This document shows positions 14,763-27,225 of a stretch of DNA of 64,000 nucleotides, in pieces. The stretch is from the NCBI RefSeq assembly GCF_026571515.1, contig NW_026854172.1:248001-312000 (forward strand). Reading direction: 5' to 3'. Every line of letters begins with the position of its first letter. Within the stretch, counting starts at the first letter, position 1. Under the pieces are notes generated by a model. It was not told the DNA's origin. It saw nothing but the letters and a program-made list of their open reading frames with translations, and searched no databases. The DNA comes from Ruditapes philippinarum (Eukaryota). A program made the translations under genes and the position numbers.

Positions 14763-14962
14763 ATATCGTGGGCTTAGCGCAAAACGGTTGTAACTCACTT
14801 TTTTCCACAAAATTACATTTTTAACATTTTCAATGTATTTTGTGGTTATGCATACCCTCAGTAAGTATTTTAAATGGATTCTAAAAATTAACAAGTTAAA
14901 TCAATATTTGTCAAAAGGTTGTATCTCAAATTGCTCTTAATTTTCAGCTAAGCCCGCGATAT
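14763..14962. mobile_element. Short MITE ~190 bp upstream of the SRD5A-A start codon
   Basis: Inverted termini atatcgtgggcttagc / gctaagcccgcgatat. Confidence 0.55.
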
Positions 14963-15542
14963 GAAACATCTTTACTGGTGATATACCCCGATATAAACGA
15001 GTGCAAGGGTGAGGGTTTCATGGTTTACCCAATGAAAAGTGACGCTGCATACAATATTATGTTTATTTACTGTAAATGTCTAATTCTTTATTACAAAGAC
15101 ATGACCTTATATTATATGCTTTTAAAAACATGAGTTATGGTTAAGTATACATGTACCAATATTAAACTGTGCATTTAAGAGATATAGAAACCCTAGGAAA
15201 CATAACATAATTATTCTGTTTACAAATCGCTGTTGATTGGTTTAAGTAGGTTTAAATAAAGCACTTTTTAATTTTTGTTTAACCTGAAATGAAAATCAGC
15301 CTAACGTTGCAGTTGGGATGTTGCGCAGTAAAGTATGTTAAGGTTTTTAAAAACGTGTACAAACGTTTTTAATTCAACAGGTTTGTTTCGGATCGTCCTC
15401 AGGGTGGAAGACATCGAGGAACTTTAAGGACAGGTTCATTTCGGCATCAAAATTTAATATTGCCGAACGACAACAGGGACACTAGTTTCACTATAAAACA
15501 TTCCATACATGTTTTTTTTTTCCAGAGTTGTGCATAAAACAT

Positions 15543-16934
15543 ACAAGAGGGCCATCTTGGCCCTGAAGTCGCTCACCTGAACACAGGCCCCCGGAGCGGG
15601 GAATGTTTAAACCCCGCGGCTTTTATTTGAACAAACTTGGTAGACAACCATTAGAAAATGTTTCATGCTAAACATCTAAGGTCTAGCTTGTTGGGATTTT
15701 TAAAAGAAGATTTTTTTAAGTTTTTAAGTCTTTACACATTAGTTAAAAACAATGACGAACCTGGGGCAGGGCCAGTTTTGAACCCAGGGCTTTTATTTGA
15801 ACAAAATTTGTAGACACTTACTAGAAAATGTTATTCGAGTTTTCTCAAAGAAGATTTTTAAGTTTTTGCTATAGATCTACTCGTATAAAGAAAATCAATG
15901 TCCCCTGGGGCGGGACCAATTTTGACTCCAGGGCTTTTATTTGAACAAACTTTGAAGACACTCACCTAGAAGATGCTTCGTGCTTAATATCTAAACTCTA
16001 GCTATTTGATTTTTTTGATAGAAGATTTTTTAAGTTTTGCTATAGTTTTACACATATAGGGAAAATGAATGACCTCCGAGGTGGGGCCAATTTTGACCCA
16101 ATGGCTTTTATTTGAACAAACTTTGTAGACACTCACTAGAAGATGTTTCATGCTTAATGTCTAAACTCTAGTTATTTGCTTTTTTCCAAAGAAATTTATA
16201 AGTTTTTGCTATACACATATAAGGAAATTTGGAAAATCAATGACCCCTGGGCCGGGTCAATTGTGACCCCAGGGCTCTTATTTGAACAGACTTGGTAGAT
16301 ATCCATTAGAACATGTTTCATGCTTAATATCTTAGATCTAGCTCTTTGGGTTCTTTAAAAGAAGATTTTAAGTTTTTTTTAACTATATGCATATGGGGAA
16401 AATCAATGATCCCCTGGGGCAGGGCAAATTTTGACCTCAGGCCTTTTATTTGAACAAACTTGGTAGACACCCATTAACATGTTTCATGCTAAATATCTTA
16501 GCTCTAGCTCTTTTGGTTCTTTAAAAGAAGATTTTTAAGTTTTTACTATATGCATATAGGGAAAATCAATAACCCCCTGGGGCGGGGCCAATTTTGACCC
16601 AAGGGCTTTTATTTGAACAAACTTGGTAGATACTCACCAGAAGATGTTTCATGCCAAAAATCTAAGCTCTATCTTTTTGGGTTTTTAGAAGAAGATATTT
16701 TAAGTTTTTTTCTTTTGGTTGCCATGGCGACCAGAGTTCTGCATTAAATGGAATTCGTTGAGGCTTCACACAAGGAACATCCCTGTGAAGTTTCATTATG
16801 ATCTGCCTTATGGTTTCAGAGTAGATTTCGTTTTAAAAGTGTGAACGGACACCGGACGACGGACGACGTACGATGGACGACAGACAAAGAGTGATCCTAA
16901 TAGCTCACCCTGAGAATATGATCAGGTGAGCTAA
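15543..16934 (+). mobile_element. HINE/pearl-like non-autonomous element with 7 tandem ~145-172-bp units
   Basis: 5' ACAAGAGGGCCAT..GCTCACCTG; repeats carrying cttttatttgaacaaacttggtagac; GGACGAC microsatellite; 3' hairpin agctcaccctga..tcaggtgagctaa, which is also inverted to the 5' subterminal motif. Confidence 0.85.
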
Positions 16935-18172
16935 ACAAGAGGGCCATGATGGCCCTGAGGTCGCTCACCTGTATATAGGCCCCCAGAGAGGGGCCAGTTT
17001 AAACCCCAGGGCTTTTATTTGAACAAACTTGGAAGACACTCAGTAGAAGATGTTTCACAATGTTAAGTTTTTACTACACACATGTAATGAAAAACAATGT
17101 TCTCATTCCGCCCCCCCCTCCCCCCCTGCAGGGTCAATTTTAACCCAAAGGCTTTTATTTGAACAAATTTGGTAGGCATCCATAAGAAGGTATTTCATGC
17201 TAAACATCTAAGCTCTAGCTCATTGGGTTCTTTTTAAAGAAGATTTTTAAGTTTTTACTACACACATATAGTTAAAAACAATGACACCCCCGAGGCGGCG
17301 CCAGTTTTGACCCCAGGGCTTTATTTGAACAAACTTTGTAGACACTTACTAGAAGATGTTTCATGCTTAATATCTAAACTCTAGCTATTTGGGTTTTTTC
17401 AAAGAAGATTTTTTATGTTTTTACTATATGCATATAGGCAAAATCAATGATACCCCGGGGCGGGGTCAATTTTTACCCCAGGGCTATTGTTTGAACAAAC
17501 TTTGTAGACACTCACTAGTAGATTTTACATGCTTAATATCTTAGATCAAGCTCTTTGGGTTCTTTAAAGGAAGATTATTTAAGTTTTTGCTATACACATA
17601 TTAGGAAAATCAATGAGCCCCCCCCACCCCCCCCGCCCCACCCCCCCCCCCCCCCCCCGCACGGCCAATTTTGACCCCAGGGTTTTATTTGAACAAACTT
17701 GGTAGACAACCATTAGAAGATGTTTCATGCTGAATATCTTAGCTCTAGCTCTTTGGGTTCTTTAAAAGAAGATTTTTTAAGATTTTACTATTTGCATACA
17801 GGGAAAATCAATGACCCCCTGGGGCGGGCCAATTTTGACCCCATAGATTTTATTTGAACAAACTTGGTAGACACTCAGTAGAAGATGTTTCAAGCCAAAT
17901 ATCTAAGTTCTAGCTCTTAGGGCTTTTTAAAAGAAGATATTTAAAGTTTTTTCTTACGGTTGCCATGGCAACCAGAGTTCTGCATGATATCAAATTCTCT
18001 CAACAATTTTTAAAGGTGACCATCAAAGGAACATTCCTGTGAAGTTTGGATGAAATTGGCTTAGTGGTTTATGAGGAGATGTCATTTAAAGTAAAAGTTT
18101 GCGGATGGCCGGACGCCGGACGAAACGCGATCACAAAAGCTCAACCTGTCACTTTGTGACAGGTGAGCTAAA
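16935..18172 (+). mobile_element. Second HINE/pearl-like element (6 units), head-to-tail with the first
   Basis: Starts immediately with ACAAGAGGGCCATGATGGCCCTG; same repeat unit; different 3' end (cctgtcactttgtgacaggtgagctaa). Confidence 0.85.
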
Positions 18173-19264
18173 AAAACAATGTATAGCAAACTTGAAGACT
18201 TATATCTATGTATGCAAATCATGTTCAAACTTTTATATCTAGAAGTTTTAAAATATTGCTCTGCATTTTAGGATGGCCTTGTTTTAAACATACAAATTGT
18301 ACAACATTTAAGTGTTATTATTATAATATTATATGAAATAAGAATTAAAATTATTTCAGTATTTTCTTCTTATAATAAACAGAAATGACATGACAACCAC
18401 AAACTTAGATGAGCTATATTAATCAAAAATGGAAGATGATGGCAAATTTTCAGTTCATCATTGATTTGATTCTCTATATTATAGAACTAATTTGTTATAT
18501 GCTTAATTATGACTTAATTTTATTTATAGTTTTTTTTTCCAATTTGCACCAGTTATAAATGTTGAAATCTGGTACATTTTATTCCTTTGTTTTGCCTTTT
18601 TTATGATATCTTGTTGTTATAATTTAGAATACGCCACACTTACATATATATATTATCAGAGACAGTGATACGAACTTGTTGTTTAAGGAAAAGATAAGCA
18701 TGTATCAATCATGTTACAAGCCAATTTACTTTTTTGGTGGTGAGTTTTTGCAGTTTACCCACTGGATCACAGCAGTAAGCCACTTTGAATTCACGACCCT
18801 GATTGACCAGAGCACAGTTCAGACACCTCAAATTATATTTCAACAACTTGTAACATCCTAGCTTTGGTTCATATTAATTGTTATCAACTAAAGTCAATAA
18901 CAGTACTGCAGAGTTTCGTAACTGGGATTGAGAAACTAAGATTGTTTAGTAATGTTGGCTAGTCAAATAACAGGATGAACTTTTGAACTTCAAAACCAAT
19001 ATTGTATTAATCTTTATTCTTACAAACATTTACATCACAATTAAAATAGAATTTTGTAGACAAATATTTTATGTATATAATACAAAGGTATAAGAAGACC
19101 TGATTACAAGCATTTAGAGTTATCCCCCTTCGTTAAAGAAATTTTTAATATCATCACTATAGTGCTAAAATGTCAACATAAACAAATATCAGTCATCACA
19201 AATAGATAATGATTAGAATGGTCTACAAATATCTCATCAGTTCTCAATATTATCACTAGTAGTA

Positions 19265-19481
19265 ACGGCTTGGCCTAGTGGTTAATGCCTCAGACTAACA
19301 ATCTTAGGATTACTGTCTGCATGGGTTCAAACCTGTCAGGGCAGGCAAGCTGTTGTTTCCATGAGCAAGAAACTTCAAACTTATTGCTTAGTAATGGTTG
19401 ATTCCAGGGACAGATTTGAGAGTGCTTCAATACACTTGTAGCTTTCAACACAATCAGACTAAAATAAATAAGTATAAACTA
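19265..19481 (+). mobile_element. CORE-type tRNA-derived SINE
   Basis: tggcctagtggttaa..gggttcaaacc head; ttgtttccatgagcaagaaactt core; A-rich tail. Same family as 61821-62044. Confidence 0.7.
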
Positions 19482-19836
19482 ATATTATCGCTACTTTAAT
19501 TCTTATTTTGTGCTTATCCTTCATGACTGGTTAATACATGTATGACTTAATGGCTATCACAATAGGTGGAATACATTATAATTTTGATGGTAAATATTGG
19601 AATCTTGGATAAACTTGCTTTTAGATCAAAATTGATTTAATGTGTTTGCTGACTGGAAAATGATGTTACTTCTTTTGAGGACCACCCATTGAAAATTCCT
19701 GAGAAATTTGGTCAAAATCTGCCATATGGTTTAGATGTTGTTTAAAGGAAGTGTAGATAAAGATGTAAGATGGATGACAGATTTAATGCTATTACAATAT
19801 TTAGGATTCTGTGTATAAAGTACAAGAATATTGGAA

Positions 19837-22800
19837 TTATTTTGAATCATCATGTAGTTCCTTCTCTTCAGTACTGCTAGGTGACTGGTTGCTAGGCGAT
19901 TGGTTGCTAGCTGACTGGTTACTTTGGTCCGCGTTACTGGTGAGTGTGATACCAACGGCATCAAGTATACGTTGGTCTCTAGTATGCAGGAAGGCACAAG
20001 TACTACCTTGCCAGCAATATCCTTTACTCAGGAAATGTCGACAGGCATCTGTTAAAGCAACAAAAAAGACGATCAATTAGAAATGTTCCGAGTTCTTATC
20101 TAAAATATTATATATTGATTACTGTTTAATTATTTCAAATAACCTTGAAAATTAAGTTATTGATTAATCTAAAATCATTTATCACATACTCTTTCTATTG
20201 AGAGGAAAGCTTATATTTGACAATCAGTCCTAGTCATTCAACTTACAATGACATGCTAAATATCTAAGCTGTGGGCATCTTAGTTTCTTTAAAGTAGATT
20301 TTTCAAAAATTTTATTATTTTTATTCCTTCAATCTACTTAATGAATATGTATCAGCCTGGAATCATTTATATAACCTTTGTATACCCAAAGGATCGTTCC
20401 TATGAAGATTTTTTCAACCTCTATTTAATTATTGACATGTAGTTAAAAAAAGTATGGATTATGATGACCAGCAAACAACAGACCTTAAGACATCATTAAA
20501 ACCTCACCTTTGAACATTTAGTGCTCAAGTGAGCTATAAAAATAAATAAAAAAACCCTTTTTTCTACAACTGAGTCAAGAAATATGAAATAATTCCAAAA
20601 AAACAACATGTCCTTGTCCATAATGTTAAGCAAATAAAAAAAAATAACTTTATACTTCTCTTCTTTCTTTCCATTACTGGAGGATGAAGTGGAGTTGTGA
20701 TCTCTGCTGGTTTCATAACAGTCATGTTCACTGTAAAAAAAAACAGTCATGTTCACTGTAAAATAAACATTAATGTTCACTGTAAAATAAACATTAATGT
20801 TCACTGTAAAATAAACATTAATGTTCACTGTAAAATAAACATTTATGTTCACTGTAAAATAAACATTCATGTTCACTTTAAAATAAAATTTTATGTTCAC
20901 TGTAAAATAAACATTTATGTTCACTGTAAAATAAACATTTATGTTCACTGTAAAACAATCATTCATGTTCACTGTACAATATCATAAATGATTCGTACTC
21001 AAATGGTAACCTACCATTTCTAAACAATAACCATCTTGAATTAATAATTATTTGGAGACTAATGATTAGGAAAAATATATCAATTTTTAGCATGTTGTTA
21101 TTGAATAATGAACAGTGTGAGTTCAAATCAACAGGAATTAAATTACGAATTCTGGTAGGCCTAAGTGATAAATTGCAAAGCATTTAAATGATAAATTGTG
21201 CATCATTCTACTACACTAATTCTGTTAATTTTTAACTACATGTACCTTGTATATCTAGGTAAGAACTAAGAATGTCATCATAGTTTGACAACTAAATATA
21301 GTACATTTGTAGCTCACACTCCACAAAATTCACAGTCAAAGTAATACAGTGCTTGAAAATGAAAAACAAATTTTGGTGAAATACCAAATTTGTTGTCATA
21401 GTCAAAGGTTTTCTGAAAGATGAATTGCTGTCATGTCAGTCATTAATATTCTATTTGCAAATGTATTCAGTGGTCCAAATAAAATTAGAGATAAATGTCT
21501 TACTTGTATTAAATTGTTTAGAATGAGCCCCAGCGCCAGGTGTTGGGTATGGTGTAAACCTTGTGTTGAAATCTTGCTTCACTTGGTGTGGACTATCTAC
21601 ATAAAAAAATCAAGTAACAGTACAGAAAAATTGTTTATCCAACATAATTTCTCACAATATAATATGATACAACTTTTCACTAAAATATGAAAAAACAACA
21701 ACAATATTTGAAAATGGCTACTGTGCCATCACTCTATTTATCTATTGAACCAACTTGGACATAAAGCATTAAGTTTGATGTCACTATTTTTATTTGTTAT
21801 GAGAAGAGCTAGAACTTTCTGTGGCTTCCAAAAGCCTGATACAGTTTATTATAAATAAAGGCACTGTAAACACTGTTAACACTTGTCTGCGAGGGGCAAT
21901 CACTACCATTGACCATTTTTTTTGTAAATATTCTGTTTTTGTAAAGTTAAAAAGTGCTTCAATTAAAATGCCCCTTGTTTTACAACTTTACCATGTCATA
22001 ATAAGCAAGAAGTTGATACATTTTCTTTCATAGTTTTTGAAATCATACTTATTAAGCACTATCACAAAATTTTTAAGTAAATAAGGGGCTTGACTCCTAA
22101 TAATATTAATTTCAGGATAATGTCCCTTCTCTTACAATCATAATACCTGGACTTTTATTTAACAGACGAGCTATAAATACACATACATTACATCATCAGA
22201 AGCCACTTGTCAGATCCTACAATTTAAAAAAATAGAATTCTTACTTATCATAGAATTTAAACTGTTGAGCTGACTTTGGAAATTTGATAGTGATGCTGTC
22301 TGTAATAAGGGTTGAATCTTAGCCTCATTCTGGCACTGACTTTGACTTCCTGTAAATGAACTTGATCCCGGCAGATTTGACATCGCCATGTGTTGACTGG
22401 TTCCTAAATTAGTACAAGATAAAACTTTTTAACTCAATAACTGTTTGAAAGTTAGAGGTAATATGCAAGGGGAACATTGTGAGCTAATGCCATAAGAACA
22501 AGAACATTCTGTTAAAAAACAGAAACTCATATCAACAATTATCAATTAACAAATCACTCTAAATCGCTCTAAAAATTTTAATGTATGTAACACTGCTTGC
22601 TAGATAAAATTTCATGCTAGAAACTGTTAAAATGTACACCAATATGGTTGTACATTTGAAACAACAAGTGCAAAAATACCACAAATAAAGCAGTAAGTGT
22701 AATATGTTACCTCCACAATTGGAACAGAACTTTTGAAATGTATCTTTCAAGTTAACACCACAATTTGTTTGTAGAGATTGTAGGAAGTTGTCAGCGTTTG

Positions 22801-23486
22801 ATGTTCCTAGATGAGAACATGTTCCCTCACTAGTGTTTGTCAGTATCAATAAACTATCATCACCAAGTGCATATAATCTCTCAAGCTAAATGTCATTTGA
22901 AGAAAAAAAGTTATCAAAATATACACACACAAAAAGAAGAAACATTAAGTTTCAAGTTCTAAAACAAGAAAACTATTAAGTGTATATAAACAATAAAATA
23001 TATCAGATAATTGAATTTTTTTACATTTTTAATATTATGTAGCATAGAAGCAAAGCAATAAATAAATCTGTCGTTAAATTAATCTTTAAAAGAAAAACTT
23101 TTATAATTGTAATACTACTCAGATATGTAAAAAAAAACTCTCAAGCTAAAATTCTGTTACTATTTATTAGTACATGCAAACACCAGATTTTTGCAACAAA
23201 GAATCACAAGGCAGAAATAAAGAAATTCAAAATCTCCTTTCAAGAATCAGGTATTTGCCTGGCTTAATAAATTCTAGAAGATTATAATTTTTGTTATACA
23301 TACATGTATACAACAAACTTGAACATTACTCTTCAAATGAAGCTGACGATTTGTACATATACATATTGAATAATGTGTACATACCAGAGACTGTATTTCA
23401 TATTTGAGTAATAATCTGAGGGAGATTTTAACATCTCTGTTCTCCTCTGCCAGAGACGTCATTGTGTTTGCTATCTTCTCAGTCAT
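19837..23486 (-). CDS. Uncharacterised 271-aa CCCH zinc-finger protein with an N-terminal MADS/SRF-like module
   Basis: Six coding exons joined in phase with GT-AG sites: 23486-23385, 22885-22711, 22403-22245, 21596-21504, 20730-20656, 20048-19837. The last exon carries a canonical C-x8-C-x5-C-x3-H finger (CRHFLSKGYCWQGSTCAFLH) preceded by RKKR. Exon 4 has RFTPY. The first coding exon has an acceptor at 23503-23504, implying an upstream non-coding exon. Confidence 0.82.
20724..20977 (-). repeat. 24-bp minisatellite built from the exon-5 splice acceptor of the CCCH gene
   Basis: Minus-strand unit tttattttacAG|tgaacat; 11 AG acceptor copies. Confidence 0.9.
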
Positions 23487-23500
23487 CTTCCTCTATATTT

Positions 23501-23690
23501 ACCTGTAAACAAATCTATATGTCTTAGTATATACCTGTAAACAAATCTACCTGTAAACACATCTACATGTCTACATATACCTGTAAACACATCTACATGT
23601 CTACATATTCATGTAAACACATCCACATGTCTACATATATACCTGTAGACACATCTATATATACCTGTAAACACATCTTCAAATCTACAT
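23501..23690 (-). repeat. ~30-bp minisatellite built from the acceptor of the first coding exon of the CCCH gene
   Basis: Plus-strand unit acctgtaaacacatctacatgtctacatat, ~7 variable copies. Confidence 0.8.
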
Positions 23691-24495
23691 TTACTGATAA
23701 TAAGATAACATCATCGATCTATATAAATTGCAACAAAGAATGTTCTTAATTTGGAAATTATAAAGTTTTAATAGACTGATATTTTTAGCTAATAAACTAA
23801 AATGTATACTTACTGACAATTTAAAAAAAACAAACATTATCTTGAACACTGTTGAATGCCACATGTTACTACAATGTCGAGTGACTTTTAGAGCACATTT
23901 AGCTTTTCTTTTTCTTCCATACAAAAGGGCACTTAAAATGTTATTGACATGATAAGAAGCATATATTCGTCGTTCCAGCTTGGACATAACCAGCTGCTGT
24001 TGATAACTAGACGTACATGTACTAGATCAATAGATTATCAGATTATAAAAGACACACGTACACATATTCAAGTAATGTCAAGTTTTGAGAAAAAATATTG
24101 CTAAAATTCTTAACCCAAAGAATAATGTGTCATGTTCCCAACATACTGGAACGTCCTGTATTATTTTATAACATACATATAAGGCGAAATAACAAGAAAT
24201 TACCTTTAGTTTACCGATAAAATAATGCTCACACTTCAATACAAATGGCGTGATTAAATTAAAGGGACGCAACTTCGACTAAAGAAATCATGGAAAATAA
24301 TACCATATTTAAAGGCATGTGTTGTTAAAATCAATTGGCTTTGCGACATGTTTAGTTGTTTGGACATTGTGTAATCATGTTAAATCACAATGTTGAATCG
24401 TCAGTTGTTTTTAAATGTCTATAATCCGGGGATACAGAGCAATTGTGTCATGACATTAATCAATTTTGGTGAATTGTCAAAATGACTACCAGAAC

Positions 24496-24522
24496 CACGG
24501 ATTTATGTAATATAAATCCGTG
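24496..24522. mobile_element. 27-bp micro-hairpin element with 7-bp TSD
   Basis: cacggatttat-gtaat-ataaatccgtg flanked by ccagaac on both sides. Confidence 0.6.
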
Positions 24523-26289
24523 CCAGAACATATATCTTTGTGAAATTTCAGTAGAAAAATGCGACCAATAAGCATCTAAACATACATTAAGCCATTAATG
24601 AAGAGGTAAGCCCAGAAAAAGGACTTTTAGTGCCAAGGTTTCAAGCCGTCGCTGTGTTCTAGGGGATTATACGCTCTTGTACCTTTCAACGTCGTCCCTG
24701 CCTACACTGTTCGGAAATTTCCATCGGCTTCAGTGTAAATGACACGTTGAATGCTAGTTTTTTTTAAAACTCCTCAACGCAGTGATCCTTAATCTGTCAG
24801 CGTGTCCATGGTGAAACGAAATCCTGCAAAGCTCCAAATCTTTGACGATGTAATTCCACATTTTATATTGAATTTCTCCCCGCTCCAACGTCTATTACAT
24901 ACTGTAGCAGAATATTCAAAGGGATTTTTCATATAACGTGTTAAGTGATTACAAACAATATTTCCAGCGAGGCGAATCTTGATTTAGGTTATGACCTCTT
25001 GTTGAAAAAACTTTGAAATTGATAGGCTTAATACTCAATGTTGGAAAATGATCAGGGTCGGTTTAAAGTATTGCAAAAATGATATATGGGTCAAATTAAG
25101 TTGAACAAAAAAATTTATTTTGACGTAAATCGAAAAAAGTGTTTTATTGAAAGGAAAATATACGATATTGATTCATTTTAACCTATAATTTAAATTTCGA
25201 ACTGACGTTTGGTGCTACGTACCCTTCAAACTGCATGTACGTTCCACAGTATTGGTAGTGCATTTTAATTTTAAACGGGGAGCATGCCATCGGATCGCCC
25301 CATCCATTGTGCCGCATCCTCAAAATGAGTCCGGGCACTCCACTGATAGTTATATATAAAAATATAAGGTTCACTGATATTTTATTACGAGATCATAGGA
25401 TTTCTATAACCATTACATCATCACATGCTTTTAATGATTGTAACTTTTTTGATAGGTCTAATATAAAGTTTGTTAAAAAAGGAACAACATGTAATCATTT
25501 TTAATGTCGCGCATGAATTAGTCATTAAAATACTTTTATATGAGACTTTTAAAGTTTTTTATTTTCCTTGTTTGACTTTTATCATATAAAATTCTTGTTT
25601 ATAAAAAGTATGTGTGTCATATTGACAAGTTACATGATACTGATATAATAAGAAACATCATGTTTACGTTACCAAATAAGATATTTTAATTTTGAATCTT
25701 ATTGAGTAAAGGAATTAATTATCACTAGGGTTTAGAATCTTGAGATGGTCCTTAGGGAAGTTGTTAATGATGTACCGGCTGCGTGTACAAACATCGGATA
25801 TGGAGTGGCTGTTTCCTCTCCCTTTGGCAATAGAAGGGACCTGCCCCGGAAAATGATTGTTTAAAATTATGCATATTAAAGCGTTTTGTTGCACCCAGAT
25901 ACCCTGATAGTTTAAAATATCCACCATTAGACATCAAAGTCATCTAGTGTCGTCCCTGTCTCGTACTGTGTTAAGATTCAAAGCATAGTCTCAACTACAA
26001 TATTTTTAATTCTGTTAAACCTGTAATTTCATCAGTGCTGATTAACAAACACAAGCCTATGATTGGTTGCGTGTCAACATACTATAATATAAATGGCACA
26101 TTATTTTCTATTTCTTTTATTAAAAAGAAACATGTATTTGATATATGACTGTCAGAAAAACATTTAAAACTATTTAAAGACTAATAAAGACAGCAATCAA
26201 TGTACATAAGGCATGGGTAGTGGAGATGTGATTTCTATATTTATGATATATAATTCCAAGACGTGTCAACTACAATAAAACATGTCATT

Positions 26290-26700
26290 AACTGATATTA
26301 CATATAACACACTGAATCATACAGGAATTACATATAACACATTCAGCATACAAATGAATTACATATGAAACACTGAATAGGTAACAAACATGAATTTCAC
26401 AAAGCAGATTGTTTTATACGTAAACTTGAATTAAATAAGAATTGTCTTATAAACTAATATTTGAATTACATAGCAAACTGTCTTATATGTAAACACGGCT
26501 ATCTTAATGCAGATTGTCTTATATGTAAACATGAATTACACACATCAGATTGTCTTATATGTAAGCATAAATTACACACATCAGATTGTAAACATGGATT
26601 GAATAAAGATTGTCCAATAAACCAATACTTGGATTAAATACATATAACACACTATCATAAACAGGCATTACATGCAACACACTTTACAATAAACTTTTAC
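26290..26700. repeat. Degenerate ~30-37-bp tandem repeat
   Basis: Recurrent gattgtcttatatgtaaacatgaattacac. Confidence 0.6.
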
Positions 26701-27225
26701 ACATAGTACAGAAATAAATGTATACATTTATACACATTTGCTACAAACATTTCAATATAAATATAATAATATACTTCAGATCTTTAAATAGAAATGTAAG
26801 ATAATGAACTTTCTCCTGTCTATCTGATATATCAGCATTCACCGTCATCATCATTATTTTCTCCTTTGTTACTATCAGAACTATACGATTTACATGTAAT
26901 TAAAACTGATATGATCGTCTTCTTCAATTTGAAAAATACATTAACTCAAACAAAAATTTAGACTAACTTTAAGGTAATACTTATATAACATAATAATCTA
27001 CTTAAAAGTCCTATTGTTCGAATAAGAAAATAGACAAAAAGGAAACCTTGAATAACGCCCTACATGGCAAAATTGAAAATGTTGCAGATTCAGATTAATT
27101 GAGTAGAATTGAATGAAAGCTACTGTCCCGTTTGAAGTAGAAAATAAAAATACTATAATAATTAATTTGAAACAATCTGTACAAGGAAGGCAGGAGTTGT
27201 TAGCTTGTTAACTATCACAAATTGT

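Noticed and set aside
15543-18172. Repeat arrays here and at 41134-42843 as CRISPR arrays
   Set aside because: Contiguous 145-175-bp monomers with no unique spacers, no cas genes, and a eukaryotic spliced context.
18676-18861. Alternative 3' zinc-finger exon for the CCCH gene
   Set aside because: The candidate acceptor gives an immediate stop in the required phase, and there is no finger motif.
20496-20987. ORFs of 158 aa (-) and 96 aa (+) as independent repeat proteins
   Set aside because: Both are read-throughs of the 24-bp minisatellite; the minus frame matters only as a possible alternative-acceptor product.
24600-24920. Relatively GC-rich stretch as an exon or ncRNA
   Set aside because: No recognisable motif, spliceable frame or RNA structure; probably a decayed transposon.
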